Origin: Polyangiaceae bacterium
Lineage (GTDB): Bacteria > Myxococcota_A > Polyangia > Polyangiales > Polyangiaceae
DNA: 64,000 nucleotides
Reading direction: 5' to 3'
NCBI GenBank assembly: GCA_044376115.1
Contig: JBILLK010000024.1
Span: forward strand, 96,001 to 160,000
Below the pieces are notes generated by a model. It ran no database searches. It saw only the letters and a program-made list of their open reading frames with translations, and was not told where the DNA came from. Made by a program: the position numbers and the translations under genes. This document shows, one piece after another, positions 51,986 through 61,528 of the stretch (the first letter of the stretch is position 1; each line of letters starts with the position of its first letter).

Positions 51986-52096
51986 GTCGACTCGTCTCCT
52001 GATTCCGCCGTGGTTTGAACCAGCGCGGATTTCCAATGTGGTGCGTAAAAACCTTCGTCGCCGAGCGTTAGCTCGACGTTTGCCAACAAGCGCGTT

Positions 52097-52201
52097 GCTT
52101 GCCGCGCCGTCGTACGTTTCGAGGTCTCAGCCTGACGAGTTTCCTCGAAGGGTCCCGATCGCGTCATCGGGGGGAGTCCCACGACGGCCGACAGGGCAAG
52201 C
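52097..52201 (-). ncRNA. Candidate structured cis-regulatory leader upstream of rplV
   Basis: Four perfect stems read from the sequence, forming a nested junction (see findings); family not recognised. Confidence 0.5.
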
Positions 52202-52241
52202 TGAGCTCGGAGCGCCGTAACGGCCCCAGAGCGGGACTCGC

Positions 52242-52300
52242 CTCTTACCAACCTGTGGTGGTCCCGCAAATGAAAAAATGCTTTTGGTGATTGAAATATC
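52242..52300 (-). promoter_or_regulatory. Putative sigma70 promoter of the rplV operon with UP element
   Basis: Minus strand AT-rich tract AAAAGCATTTTTTCA, then TTGCGG-N16-TAAGAG (TG extension), then a GC-rich discriminator. Confidence 0.55.
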
Positions 52301-52458
52301 GATTCCGGGACGGTGTTCAGCGTGATTGGGTCGCTGTCCCGTGGCCGCCTGTGCAGCCTTTGAGTGTGAGGAATTGTTTAGCTGGCGAATGTTGGCGTCG
52401 GGAGGTCGTCAGTCATGAAGTGAGCACGTTCGCTCGCTCTAACTTGCAGGAGGACTCG

Positions 52459-53202
52459 ATGTTTGCGCGATTCGGCTGGGTTGCGTTGGTCACTGCGGCA
52501 GCTTCAGGGTGCCAGTTTCAGTGGTCGAGCGGTTGGGAATCGGGGGTTGCCCACGACGCAAACGGTGGCTGCGCAGGCGAAACTGGGGTTGGTGGTGAGG
52601 CCGGTCTCAGCGGTGAAGGTGGTCTCGGCGGTGAAGGTGGTCTCGGCGGTGAAGGTGGTCTCGGCGGTGAAGGTGGCCTCGGCGGTGAAGGTGGTCTCGG
52701 CGGTGAAGGCGGCGGCGTGCAGTGTATTCCTGCTGAAGGGCTGAATCAGCCCGAGGCCATTTGCGACACGATGGATGTTTCTTACCTCACGACGTGCCCC
52801 AACACGATGACCGAGCCATTCGCTGTTTCGGCCTGCCACAAGGCGTTTGAACTCTATTCGGTGGGCGCACGAGAGGCCCTTCGTGAGTGTCTCGCAGAGG
52901 TCCCTGCGGACTTGGAGATCGCCTGCTACGACGACTCCGAATCGGCTGCATTCGCTTGTGTAGATGAGGTTTACGCGAACAGCTGCCCCAACCCGGACAA
53001 CGCGCTCTTCTGCTCTCATGCACGAGAGATCTGCGACGGAACTGGCGACCTTGGTTTCGACGAAGAGACGTGCGCGTTCGATCTCAATCCCTTTGGATAC
53101 GATGGGCTTCGTGCCTATTCGGACTGCTTCAACAACCCACCGGCAGACGTTCCGTGTGTCCACCTGCATGACTACTGCATCAACCTCATCGGCAGCTTCT
53201 AG
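52459..53202 (+). CDS. Cys-rich lipoprotein with GGEGGL repeat linker
   Basis: AGGAGG RBS, AASGC lipobox, tandem repeat, Cys-rich domain. Confidence 0.75.
   Translation: MFARFGWVALVTAAASGCQFQWSSGWESGVAHDANGGCAGETGVGGEAGLSGEGGLGGEGGLGGEGGLGGEGGLGGEGGLGGEGGGVQCIPAEGLNQPEAICDTMDVSYLTTCPNTMTEPFAVSACHKAFELYSVGAREALRECLAEVPADLEIACYDDSESAAFACVDEVYANSCPNPDNALFCSHAREICDGTGDLGFDEETCAFDLNPFGYDGLRAYSDCFNNPPADVPCVHLHDYCINLIGSF
52591..52710 (+). repeat. 18-bp tandem repeat, about 6.5 copies (GGCGGTGAAGGTGGTCTC)
   Basis: Read directly; in frame, encodes (GGEGGL)n. Confidence 0.92.
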
Positions 53203-53312
53203 TTTGAGCCAATGGGTGTCCATGGAGCCATCGCACATGGTCCGACGAGAATCCCTCACAGGTGCAAAACGCCTTGCGCAGCTGGGCGTCGGCGTAGCAG
53301 ACTCCGCCGCTC

Positions 53313-54221
53313 ATGCGGTACCTCCTCACCCAGCTCTCGCTCGTCGTGCTCGCTGCGAGTTCGGCTGGGTGCACATCAAAGGAGCTGCGCAGTGACACCG
53401 CTGCGGCCGTTGCTACACGCGGTCACCGTGACGTCGTTATCTCGGTAACGGAGCCCGACCCGACCGTCTCGATGGCGCTCACACCGCTCGTGTTCACCTC
53501 GGGCCCTTCATCGCTGTTTGTCGAGCGCAGCAGCGTGCGTTGCCCCGAGGGCATGGCGCTCGTTGCTGACAAAGTGTGCGTGGATCGTTGGGAGGCAACA
53601 CTCGCTCGCGTGGTGAAGGGCAAGCTCGAGGATTGGTCACCTTTTTACGCCGTTGATGGGGAAGAATCGGCAAGTTCGAACTTTCCGTTCGTGGCGCTGA
53701 GTCGCCCCGGCAAGCAACCGCAAGCGTACGTCAGTGGTCGGCAAGCCGAGCTCGCCTGCCGTGCATCAGGAAAACGGCTTTGCACCAGTGATGAGTGGGT
53801 ACGGAGCTGCCGCGGGCCCAAGAACACGCAGTTTCCCTATGGCGCCGAGCGCCGAGCGAAGGTTTGCAACGACGACGTCCGCTCACGTCACCCGGTGATT
53901 GAAGCCACCAATGGCGCCGGAATATTCGGTGACAAGGTTTGGCTCGACGGTATGAATCTGCCGCAAATCAACCAGCTGCCAGACACCCTCGCACTGACCG
54001 GCTCACGCAAAGAGTGTGTTTCGGAAGAGGGAGTTCACGACATGGTTGGCAACCTGCATGAGTGGGTTGCGGACGCAGACGGCACGTTTCGAGGTGGTTT
54101 CTACATGGACACCACGCACAACGGGGATGGCTGCAGCTACAGGACAACCGCCCACGACTTCAACTATCACGACTATTCGACGGGCTTTCGTTGCTGCGCC
54201 GATGCGGAGACAGTCGAGTAA
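53313..54221 (+). CDS. FGE-sulfatase (SUMF1-like) domain lipoprotein
   Basis: SAGC lipobox; CPEGM, VDRWEA, GKRLC..DEW, FPYG, DMVGNLHEW, RGG, TGFRCC. Confidence 0.88.
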   Translation: MRYLLTQLSLVVLAASSAGCTSKELRSDTAAAVATRGHRDVVISVTEPDPTVSMALTPLVFTSGPSSLFVERSSVRCPEGMALVADKVCVDRWEATLARVVKGKLEDWSPFYAVDGEESASSNFPFVALSRPGKQPQAYVSGRQAELACRASGKRLCTSDEWVRSCRGPKNTQFPYGAERRAKVCNDDVRSRHPVIEATNGAGIFGDKVWLDGMNLPQINQLPDTLALTGSRKECVSEEGVHDMVGNLHEWVADADGTFRGGFYMDTTHNGDGCSYRTTAHDFNYHDYSTGFRCCADAETVE

Positions 54222-54272
54222 GCGGACCGCTTGTTGGAGCCGACTATCCGGGTTGCTGGATACCTCTCGTTA

Positions 54273-55682
54273 ATGAGAGACTCGCGCAAAGCCGTGCGTA
54301 GATTGTTGCCGCTCCTCATCGTTCTTTCGTCGTGTAGCGGAAAAAAAGAAGAACCGCCGCCAATCAACCCGCCGTCTTTGCCCGGCAACACCTCCTCGAG
54401 CGAGATCGGCACGAAGATTGGCAACGGCCGCGTGGTCAACCTTGTCGGCGTGGACGTCTCGAGCGCGACCAACTGGACCAGGGTCTACCCGCTCGATCGA
54501 CAACGTGTGGTGATGGCTGGCGACGTCGGTGGAGAGGCCTTTGCGCTGGTTTCCAACGACCGCGGGGTCTCTTGGACTGCGCAACAAACCAAGAGTGACG
54601 GCATCACGACCTGGTCGGTTGGCGCTGACGGAACGTTGGTCATGGGCATCGCCAAAAGGCAGATCCCGAAGAAAACACCGCCTGCAGGGACCATTCTGCC
54701 GATCGATACGCTGACGTATGTGTTCGCTGCGCCCGGCCAGAAGCTGACTGCGCCGTCGCCGCTCCTAGCGCCTGATCCGGAGGGGAAGAAGGAGCTGCCG
54801 ATGGTGCCACGTGGCAACGGAATGGCAGCGGTGCTTGGGCCCAGTTTGGCGTCGGTGGTGGTCGAAACGAAGCCCAAGAGCTTCGCGGTCGCGTTCGCGG
54901 TTGGGCCGAACGAGGACCTGCCACAAATGATCGAGCTACCGAAGGACGAGATCCCCGTGAACGCGTCCTTTGGTCATCCCCCTGCCCTGCTGACGATGAA
55001 CGGCAAGCAGCTACTGAAGCGCCCTTGGCCGAAGCCTGGAGAGGCTTTGGCAGCAGCCGTTCCGGTCGACAAAGTCGGCATCACCAAGACGCTTGCAGAC
55101 GAGTTATCGCAAGGCCCTGAGTGCGAGTGGGGCGCGTGGAGCTTCAGGCGGGTGATGCAGCGGGACCGCGTTTACATCCTTGGCGTCTCCCCCGACAAAA
55201 CGGCCTTCTTCGAGGTACCGCAGACCACCGTCAGCAGCTCCCCTTTGGCCTGCACGGCCGATCGCATCGCGGTGGAAGCGATCAACCCCGAGCGGCTTCC
55301 GACGATTGTCACCTGCGCGCTCGACGGGAACTGCACCCTGCCCGAAAACCGACCGTTCTTGAAACCGTGGCCGGAGCAGCACGAGCGCAAACTGCACACC
55401 TCCCTCACGCAGAACGGCGTGATCGCCGTTCAAGGCCTGAAGAACAAAGGGAAGTGGTCGTTGTTCATTTCGGAATCGGTGGATGGCGGCAAGCTCTTCA
55501 ATCTGCAGCGCACCGTCGGTGAAGGGGTTGGCAACTCCGAAGACGGCTACGACGTGGGCTCGCTCATCTCCTTCGGTGATCGCACGGTGATGCTCATGTC
55601 CGCCAAGATCAGCAAGACCACGAGGCGCAGCTGGTTCGCGCTCGCGTCGGATGACGGTGGCTCAACGTGGTCCTACCCGTGA
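54273..55682 (+). CDS. Lipoprotein with Asp-box (BNR) motifs
   Basis: LSSC lipobox; SNDRGVSW, SVDGGKLF, SDDGGSTW. Confidence 0.75.
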   Translation: MRDSRKAVRRLLPLLIVLSSCSGKKEEPPPINPPSLPGNTSSSEIGTKIGNGRVVNLVGVDVSSATNWTRVYPLDRQRVVMAGDVGGEAFALVSNDRGVSWTAQQTKSDGITTWSVGADGTLVMGIAKRQIPKKTPPAGTILPIDTLTYVFAAPGQKLTAPSPLLAPDPEGKKELPMVPRGNGMAAVLGPSLASVVVETKPKSFAVAFAVGPNEDLPQMIELPKDEIPVNASFGHPPALLTMNGKQLLKRPWPKPGEALAAAVPVDKVGITKTLADELSQGPECEWGAWSFRRVMQRDRVYILGVSPDKTAFFEVPQTTVSSSPLACTADRIAVEAINPERLPTIVTCALDGNCTLPENRPFLKPWPEQHERKLHTSLTQNGVIAVQGLKNKGKWSLFISESVDGGKLFNLQRTVGEGVGNSEDGYDVGSLISFGDRTVMLMSAKISKTTRRSWFALASDDGGSTWSYP

Positions 55683-56242
55683 AGCCGTTCCAACTGCTGC
55701 TCGTTTGCGCGCTAATCGGCTGCGAAGGCGGCTCGAGTTCGGGCGCGACCTCCGCGCCGCCGGCTTCCGCCGCGCCTTCCGCGCGCGCCAGTACGTCAAC
55801 GACGAGTTCGGCGCCCGCAGCTGCAAGCAGCGCAAAGCCGAAAGCGCCTGCTGAAGCGCCGACCGTGGTCGGAGAATGGCGCGGGCCGTTTCAGGCCGAG
55901 CTTGCCCGAGTCACGCTTGATCCGGGCGTGGGGGATGCGACGTGGGCGAAAGACAAGGGAACCGACGCTGTTGGTAAAGGGCAGCTCGAATTGACGGTTG
56001 CGAACGATGGTCAGGTGCGAGGCAAGCTGACGGGCGCGCTAGGCGAGCTGACCTTCGTTGGGGTGGCGGAGGGAGCGCTCGTCCACGGAACCTTCAGCGC
56101 CGAAAAGCCGGAGCCCGCAAGCATGAGCGGGACGATCGAACTCGCGCTCACGGGAGAGGCGCTCGGTGGGGAACTGAGGGCTTCCTCTGGCGACGCCAAG
56201 CTGGTGCGGCGAGCGACCCTCACGCTCAAGCGCGCCAAGTGA
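55679..56242 (+). CDS. Hypothetical lipoprotein
   Basis: GTGA overlap with the upstream gene; ALIGC lipobox; Ser/Ala linker; beta-rich domain. Confidence 0.7.
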   Translation: MKPFQLLLVCALIGCEGGSSSGATSAPPASAAPSARASTSTTSSAPAAASSAKPKAPAEAPTVVGEWRGPFQAELARVTLDPGVGDATWAKDKGTDAVGKGQLELTVANDGQVRGKLTGALGELTFVGVAEGALVHGTFSAEKPEPASMSGTIELALTGEALGGELRASSGDAKLVRRATLTLKRAK

Positions 56243-56252
56243 CGCTTACTCG

Positions 56253-58214
56253 CTAGCTGCGCGATGAGCGCGGGGACTCTGGCAGCTCTTCCCAGATGCG
56301 CGCACCGATAAACACCTCGAGCAGGTCAGCGTCGATGTGGTGGTCCTTCACTTCGAGTTTCAGGATGTCGAGCGCCTTCACGAGTGGAACGGCCTTCTTG
56401 TAAGGCCGATCCGAGGCCGTGAGTGCGTCGAAGATGTCGGTGATGCTCATCATCTTTGACTGCACCGGGATCTCCTCGGCGCGCAGCCGGTTGGGGTAGC
56501 CGGTGCCGTTCAGCCGTTCGTGATGCGCCCCGGCAATTTGGGCGACGCGACGGAACTGCTTACCCCACGGGATCTGGCTTAGGAAGTCGAAGGTGTGCGT
56601 CACATGACTTCGAATCTCGTCGATCTCGGAGGGCGTGAGCGAGCCACGGGTAACGCTCAAGCTCTTGACCTCGCCCACGGTCAGCAGCGGGCAACAATCG
56701 CCGCGCACGGTCGTGTACGTCTCGCGAGCGATCGACTCGATTCGTGCGAAATCACCGCCCTTGAGCACGGTCGGTTCGTTGGACGCGAGAATGGCGTCGA
56801 ACGCCGATTCGATCTCAGCGGTGCGAAGGGCGAGCTCCTCGTCGAGGAAGGCAACATCGGCCGGCCCGCCGCCGCGCTCGATGATGTGGAGCTTGCGTCG
56901 CAAAACGTCGGCCTCGGTGCTGCGAATAGCAAAGTCGAAGCGCATCCGAATCGCCTCGAGTTCATGCGCAAAGAGCTTCTTGGCCTTGACCAACACCTCC
57001 TCACGAACACCAATTTTGCCGAAGTCGTGAAGCAGCGAGGCGTACTCGAGCTCGCGGAGATCATCGCGCGTGAAGCGCAAGCCTTGATAGGGCCCGCGGT
57101 CCACGCGTTCCACAGCCCGGGCCAGCCCCACGGTCAGATCCGCCACGCGTCGCGAGTGACCGCTGGTGGTTGGATCACGCTGCTCGATCGCCTCGACACT
57201 CGCCCGCACGAAGCCCTCGAGCATGCGGTTGATCTCGGCATAAAGGATGGCATTCTCGAGCGCGATCCCGGCTTGGGAGGCCAGCGTCATCAGCAGCTCT
57301 TCACTGCGCTCGTCGAACGATAGGACCTGACTGTCGACGTCCGCCGGTGAAAGCAACTTACGCTCGACGTCGCGCTTCTTGTTGATCAGCTGAATCACGC
57401 CGATCACATCACCAGCCCGCGAGAGCAACGGCGCACAGAGCATGCTCTTGGTGCGGTAGCCGATCTTGGCATCGAAGCTCGGGTCGAACGAATAGGGCGA
57501 TTTGGGCGGCAGATCGTAGACGTCTGCGATGTTGAGGCTCGAGCGATGGAGCGCTACGTAGCCCGACATACTGCGAGCGCTCACCGGCACGCTGAACTCG
57601 CGCCAGTCGAACAGAACCGACTCGTTTTGGGTGAGCTTGAAGCGCAACGAGCGTCGCAGTGGATCAGGGTCGTCGCCCTCGACGACGTAGAGACTGCCTG
57701 CGTCCGCGCCAGTGATGAAGCGGCTCTTCTCCAGGATCAGCCCGAGCAGCTTGTCGATCTCTCGCTCGGTCGAGATAGCCCGCGCGATCTCGATCAGCTC
57801 CCCGAGTTCATAGCGGTAGCGACTCAGCCAGCGACCTCGGTTTTCGGCACGCAGACGCGCGTCGATCAGCTCGAAGGCGCCAGCTACCGCGACAAAGAGC
57901 TCGTCGCTCGAGGGCTCCCGATCGAGCAGGGATGCGACGCCGCGCTCGACCGCGCCAGCGAGGTCCGGGTCATTGGGCTTCCCAAAAAGCAGCAGCGCAG
58001 CCGTTCCGTCTGCGAGCTTGGCAGCGAAAGGACGCAGCAGTTTGCGGTGATAATCCCAAAGCTCGCCGGGCCCGAGGATCACCACCGAGTTGTCACGTCG
58101 AACCCCAATCAACAGTGGGTGTGGACGAACGATCACCCGGGTGGAGAGGCGTGGATCGGCGCGCAGCTGCTCGAAGAGAGCATCGACGCGTTGCAGTGGC
58201 TGGGTTCGGCTCAA
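56253..58214 (-). CDS. GAF + HD-GYP cyclic dinucleotide phosphodiesterase
   Basis: GAF (GYRTKSMLCAPL...GVIQLINK), TSGHSRRV, LHDFGKIG, HHERLNGTGYP, DIFDALTASDRPYK. Confidence 0.93.
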   Translation of the reverse strand: MSRTQPLQRVDALFEQLRADPRLSTRVIVRPHPLLIGVRRDNSVVILGPGELWDYHRKLLRPFAAKLADGTAALLLFGKPNDPDLAGAVERGVASLLDREPSSDELFVAVAGAFELIDARLRAENRGRWLSRYRYELGELIEIARAISTEREIDKLLGLILEKSRFITGADAGSLYVVEGDDPDPLRRSLRFKLTQNESVLFDWREFSVPVSARSMSGYVALHRSSLNIADVYDLPPKSPYSFDPSFDAKIGYRTKSMLCAPLLSRAGDVIGVIQLINKKRDVERKLLSPADVDSQVLSFDERSEELLMTLASQAGIALENAILYAEINRMLEGFVRASVEAIEQRDPTTSGHSRRVADLTVGLARAVERVDRGPYQGLRFTRDDLRELEYASLLHDFGKIGVREEVLVKAKKLFAHELEAIRMRFDFAIRSTEADVLRRKLHIIERGGGPADVAFLDEELALRTAEIESAFDAILASNEPTVLKGGDFARIESIARETYTTVRGDCCPLLTVGEVKSLSVTRGSLTPSEIDEIRSHVTHTFDFLSQIPWGKQFRRVAQIAGAHHERLNGTGYPNRLRAEEIPVQSKMMSITDIFDALTASDRPYKKAVPLVKALDILKLEVKDHHIDADLLEVFIGARIWEELPESPRSSRS

Positions 58215-58458
58215 GGGGTTTCCTGGGAATTTAGACGGACCCTACCATTCATGTCGAACAGCATAACCCGCTGCCGCGCCAGCTTCGCAAAGCAACGATG
58301 CCGGTCGAGAACCAGGACTTGGCCGGAAACTCTCGCTTGACGATGAAAGCGCTGGGTGCGAGCGTCGCTACCGAACCTAGACGAAGTTGCCAGTTCCGCC
58401 ACTCCGGCGTCGGGGCGCGAGCGCCTGGCAATTCCCACACCCGCGAGCGTACGAGACA

Positions 58459-60201
58459 ATGAGGGCACAAGGTGTTGTTCGATTCGCCAGGCAAACCTCG
58501 CGAATTCTCCCGGTGATCTCGTCGCTTACTTGGACGGGTCTAGCCAGCGCGCAGCCTGCACAAGACGTACCGCAGCTGCCCGAGCCCGCAGCGAGCGAGC
58601 GCAAGGCCCAGCCGGCGCCGCCTTCGTCTCCACCAGCGCAGCCGACCGACGGTTCAAGCGCGCTCAGCGTGCCGGAGACGCCTCCTTCCCCGACCGTTCA
58701 AGCGCCGACCGCCGCGGTGATTCCCCCGCCCCTGCCGCGCACGTTTCCGGATGAGGCGTCGCTGGCACTTCGCGATCCGAGCAGCGGCGAAGCCGTCGCT
58801 GGGTGGCACAACTTCTTCTTCATTCGCGACCCTGACGGCAACTTCCGCATTTCACCCACCGGCGACGTTCAGCTCGACTTCCATGCCTGGGCCGGAACCG
58901 GTGTGAACGGAGACTCTCCGGCAAACGGCGGGGCTGGCCTTTACCCACGTTTCTTTATGCGTCGCTTTCGCGTGGGCATGCACGGTGAGTTGCTCAAACG
59001 CTGGTCGTTCTTGGGCACCTTTGATCTGAGCCTCGGCGTGTCGAACGGCTCGATCGAGGAGCAGACCGCCGCCCAACCGAGCGCGGAACCTAGCTATTCG
59101 CGCTTTCGGCCGGTGCAAGCGCTCGACGCGCCAACAGGGCTTCGGGACCTTTGGGTCAACTACTCACTGTGCCCTTGTTTGAATCTGCAACTCGGTCAGT
59201 TCCAGCCGCCCGTAACGCTCGAAAACCGCACCGCCGACGGCTCCACGCCGCTCATGGAACGCAGCCTCGCGACCCGTTCGTTCGTGGTTCCCGGCCAACG
59301 CGAGACGGGCCTGCAGCTGTGGGGCGATCTCGGGGACGACATGTTCAGCTACGAGATCGCTGTGCTCGGGGGCGACGGCCAAAATCGAGCGACGGTCGAC
59401 ACCTACCCCGACGTGGCTGGGCGCTTGCTCGTTGCACCGTTCAAGAGCAGCAAGCTGGCGAAGGACATCCGCTTTGGGGTGTCAGGGCGGCACGGCGAAC
59501 GCGACCAAGCGGCTGTCGCGTATGACGTCTTTCCGTTCATGTCGGGCCAGGGCTTTGCGCTTTGGGACTCGAGCTATCAGGACAGCGCCGGGAACCGCGT
59601 TCACATCATTCCGTCAGGCGCGCAAAACACCATCGGAGGCGAGGCCTACGTCCCGGTCGGTCCGGTCGATATTGTCGCTCAAGCTTATTACAACGCGTAC
59701 AACACCCGCGAAGCGCTCGAGGGCTTCCAACTGACCAACACCGAACGCTTGGGGTCGTTGAACGGGCTGGGACTCACCTCGTGGGTGACCTGGTGGGCCT
59801 TCGGTGATGAACGCATTGGCGCGGCGACTGGGCGCTTGAAGCCGCACAAGCTCAACCTGAAAAAGAAGGCGGAACTCAAGCGTGGGCTCGAGCTATCGGC
59901 GCTCTTCTCCGCCATCATCGCCTCCTACGACGGAAACTCTCGCGGCGGCGAGGATGACGCTAGCACCCCAGGATCGTTGGGAACCCCCGCGACATCCATC
60001 AACGTCTATCAAGCCGCAGCCAGCGTCAGCTACTGGCACACGCGCGGTGTTCGCATCGCCTTCAACTACTCCGCCTACCTGACGCCTGGCAGCGGCAGTG
60101 ACGACAACCTCGCGAGCGTTCCGGGCAATCTCTCAGAGACGCCTGACAACAGCGCGCACCTGCTCCACGAGTTCGGATCACGCCTACAGCTCGCCTACTG
60201 A
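58459..60201 (+). CDS. OprO/OprP-like porin
   Basis: Signal peptide, Pro-rich linker, FFMRRFRVG, LRDLWVNY, GQFQPPVTLE, MERS; C-terminal aromatic RLQLAY. Confidence 0.8.
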   Translation: MRAQGVVRFARQTSRILPVISSLTWTGLASAQPAQDVPQLPEPAASERKAQPAPPSSPPAQPTDGSSALSVPETPPSPTVQAPTAAVIPPPLPRTFPDEASLALRDPSSGEAVAGWHNFFFIRDPDGNFRISPTGDVQLDFHAWAGTGVNGDSPANGGAGLYPRFFMRRFRVGMHGELLKRWSFLGTFDLSLGVSNGSIEEQTAAQPSAEPSYSRFRPVQALDAPTGLRDLWVNYSLCPCLNLQLGQFQPPVTLENRTADGSTPLMERSLATRSFVVPGQRETGLQLWGDLGDDMFSYEIAVLGGDGQNRATVDTYPDVAGRLLVAPFKSSKLAKDIRFGVSGRHGERDQAAVAYDVFPFMSGQGFALWDSSYQDSAGNRVHIIPSGAQNTIGGEAYVPVGPVDIVAQAYYNAYNTREALEGFQLTNTERLGSLNGLGLTSWVTWWAFGDERIGAATGRLKPHKLNLKKKAELKRGLELSALFSAIIASYDGNSRGGEDDASTPGSLGTPATSINVYQAAASVSYWHTRGVRIAFNYSAYLTPGSGSDDNLASVPGNLSETPDNSAHLLHEFGSRLQLAY

Positions 60202-60247
60202 GGGCGGGAACTTGGCCCCACACTAAGGGCCTTGCTACGCGCCACCC

Positions 60248-61525
60248 ATGCGTCCGTGGGTGGCAGCCGTCGTGTCTTTGGGGATCGTGGGGATCACGCT
60301 CCCGTTTGTCCGCGACGAGATTCCGGGGCTGGACCTCAACCTAGCGAAGCTGGCCTTTGGCAAAGAGGAAGCACCGCAGGGAACCGTGCTGCGCGAGGTC
60401 ACTCCCAGCCCGCTGCACCAGGTCGACCTTGGGCGCATCGACGTGCGTGGCGAGACAGCGACCGCGCCTGCATTTGGCGGACGCACGGCCGAGTTGACGG
60501 TGGTGCCTGCGTATCAGCGAGCGGCCAATCGCGTGCTCCGCGAAGGGGCCGTTGCCGAAGGCGCGATCGTCATGACCGACATCAAGACTGGGAAGATCCT
60601 AGTCTGGGCGAACTACTCCGAAGAGGCGCCGCTGCGCGATCTAGCGCGTGAGTCCTTCGCGCCGGCGGCCAGTATCTTCAAGATCGTCACTGGAGCGGGA
60701 TTGGTTGAGAACGGCGTCAAACCGAACACGCGCGAGTGTTACCGCGGCGGCAAGAGCCGCATCGACGACGGCGATCTGATTCGCGACGAGCGTCGAGACA
60801 AATGGTGCGCCACCGCGAGCGAGGCGATGGGCCGCTCGCTCAACGTCGTCTTCGCGCGGCTTGCCAACGACCACCTCGAGAAGGATGAGCTCGAGAGCGT
60901 TGCCAAGCGACTCGGTTGGGACCGCCAGATTCCCTTCGATGTACCGGTGGAAAACAGCCGCACCAGCTTCCCCGATGAACCCAACGAGTTCGCTAAGGCT
61001 GCCGCAGGCTTCTGGCACACGACGCTATCTCCGTTCCAGGGCGCCAACCTTGCGACCACCCTCGCGAACGGTGGGGAGATGAAACAACTGCGCATCGTTT
61101 CGCGTGTGTTCGACGAGCAAGGCGATATCTACCTGAGCCCGACCGAGCCGTTCGTGCTTGGGCGTGCGATCAATGAATCAACCGCGGATGCGGTACGCGT
61201 GATGATGGAGTCCACGGTCGAGGGCGGTACGAGCTTTCAGACCTTTCACGATCACAGGCACAAGCCCTACCTCCCGAACATTCGTGTGGCCGGCAAGACT
61301 GGAACGCTCGAGGGGAAGGGCTACCTCTTCACGTGGTGGGTCGGCTTTGCGCCGGCGGACGCTCCGGAGGTCGCGCTCAGCGTGCTCGTCGCCAACCGCG
61401 GCGATTGGAAGGTCAAAGGCACTGGCGTCGCCTCGGATATGTTGCGCGTCTACTTCACCGACAAAGGTCGCAAAGGCGTCACCGATCCGACCGGTACGCT
61501 CAGCAAGAAGCCCCGCAGCGAGTGA
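60248..61525 (+). CDS. Penicillin-binding protein, transpeptidase domain only
   Basis: ASIFK (SxxK), SLN (SxN), AGKTGT (KTG), WWVGFAP; N-terminal anchor. Confidence 0.9.
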   Translation: MRPWVAAVVSLGIVGITLPFVRDEIPGLDLNLAKLAFGKEEAPQGTVLREVTPSPLHQVDLGRIDVRGETATAPAFGGRTAELTVVPAYQRAANRVLREGAVAEGAIVMTDIKTGKILVWANYSEEAPLRDLARESFAPAASIFKIVTGAGLVENGVKPNTRECYRGGKSRIDDGDLIRDERRDKWCATASEAMGRSLNVVFARLANDHLEKDELESVAKRLGWDRQIPFDVPVENSRTSFPDEPNEFAKAAAGFWHTTLSPFQGANLATTLANGGEMKQLRIVSRVFDEQGDIYLSPTEPFVLGRAINESTADAVRVMMESTVEGGTSFQTFHDHRHKPYLPNIRVAGKTGTLEGKGYLFTWWVGFAPADAPEVALSVLVANRGDWKVKGTGVASDMLRVYFTDKGRKGVTDPTGTLSKKPRSE

Positions 61526-61528
61526 GCG

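Noticed and set aside
52097..52201. tRNA, 6S or SRP RNA identity for the structured element
   Set aside because: No T-loop or anticodon pattern, no SRP loop, and a branched rather than rod-like fold; kept only as a candidate leader.
52591..52710. CRISPR array
   Set aside because: Contiguous in-frame 18-bp units with no spacers, and no cas genes.
17825..54221. Diversity-generating retroelement, suggested by two FGE/C-lectin-fold genes
   Set aside because: No reverse transcriptase, and no template repeat matching either 3' end was seen in the window.
58215..58458. Pho box upstream of the OprO/P-like porin
   Set aside because: No convincing 11-bp-spaced GTCA direct repeats; only a weak hairpin (TTGCCAG/CTGGCAA).
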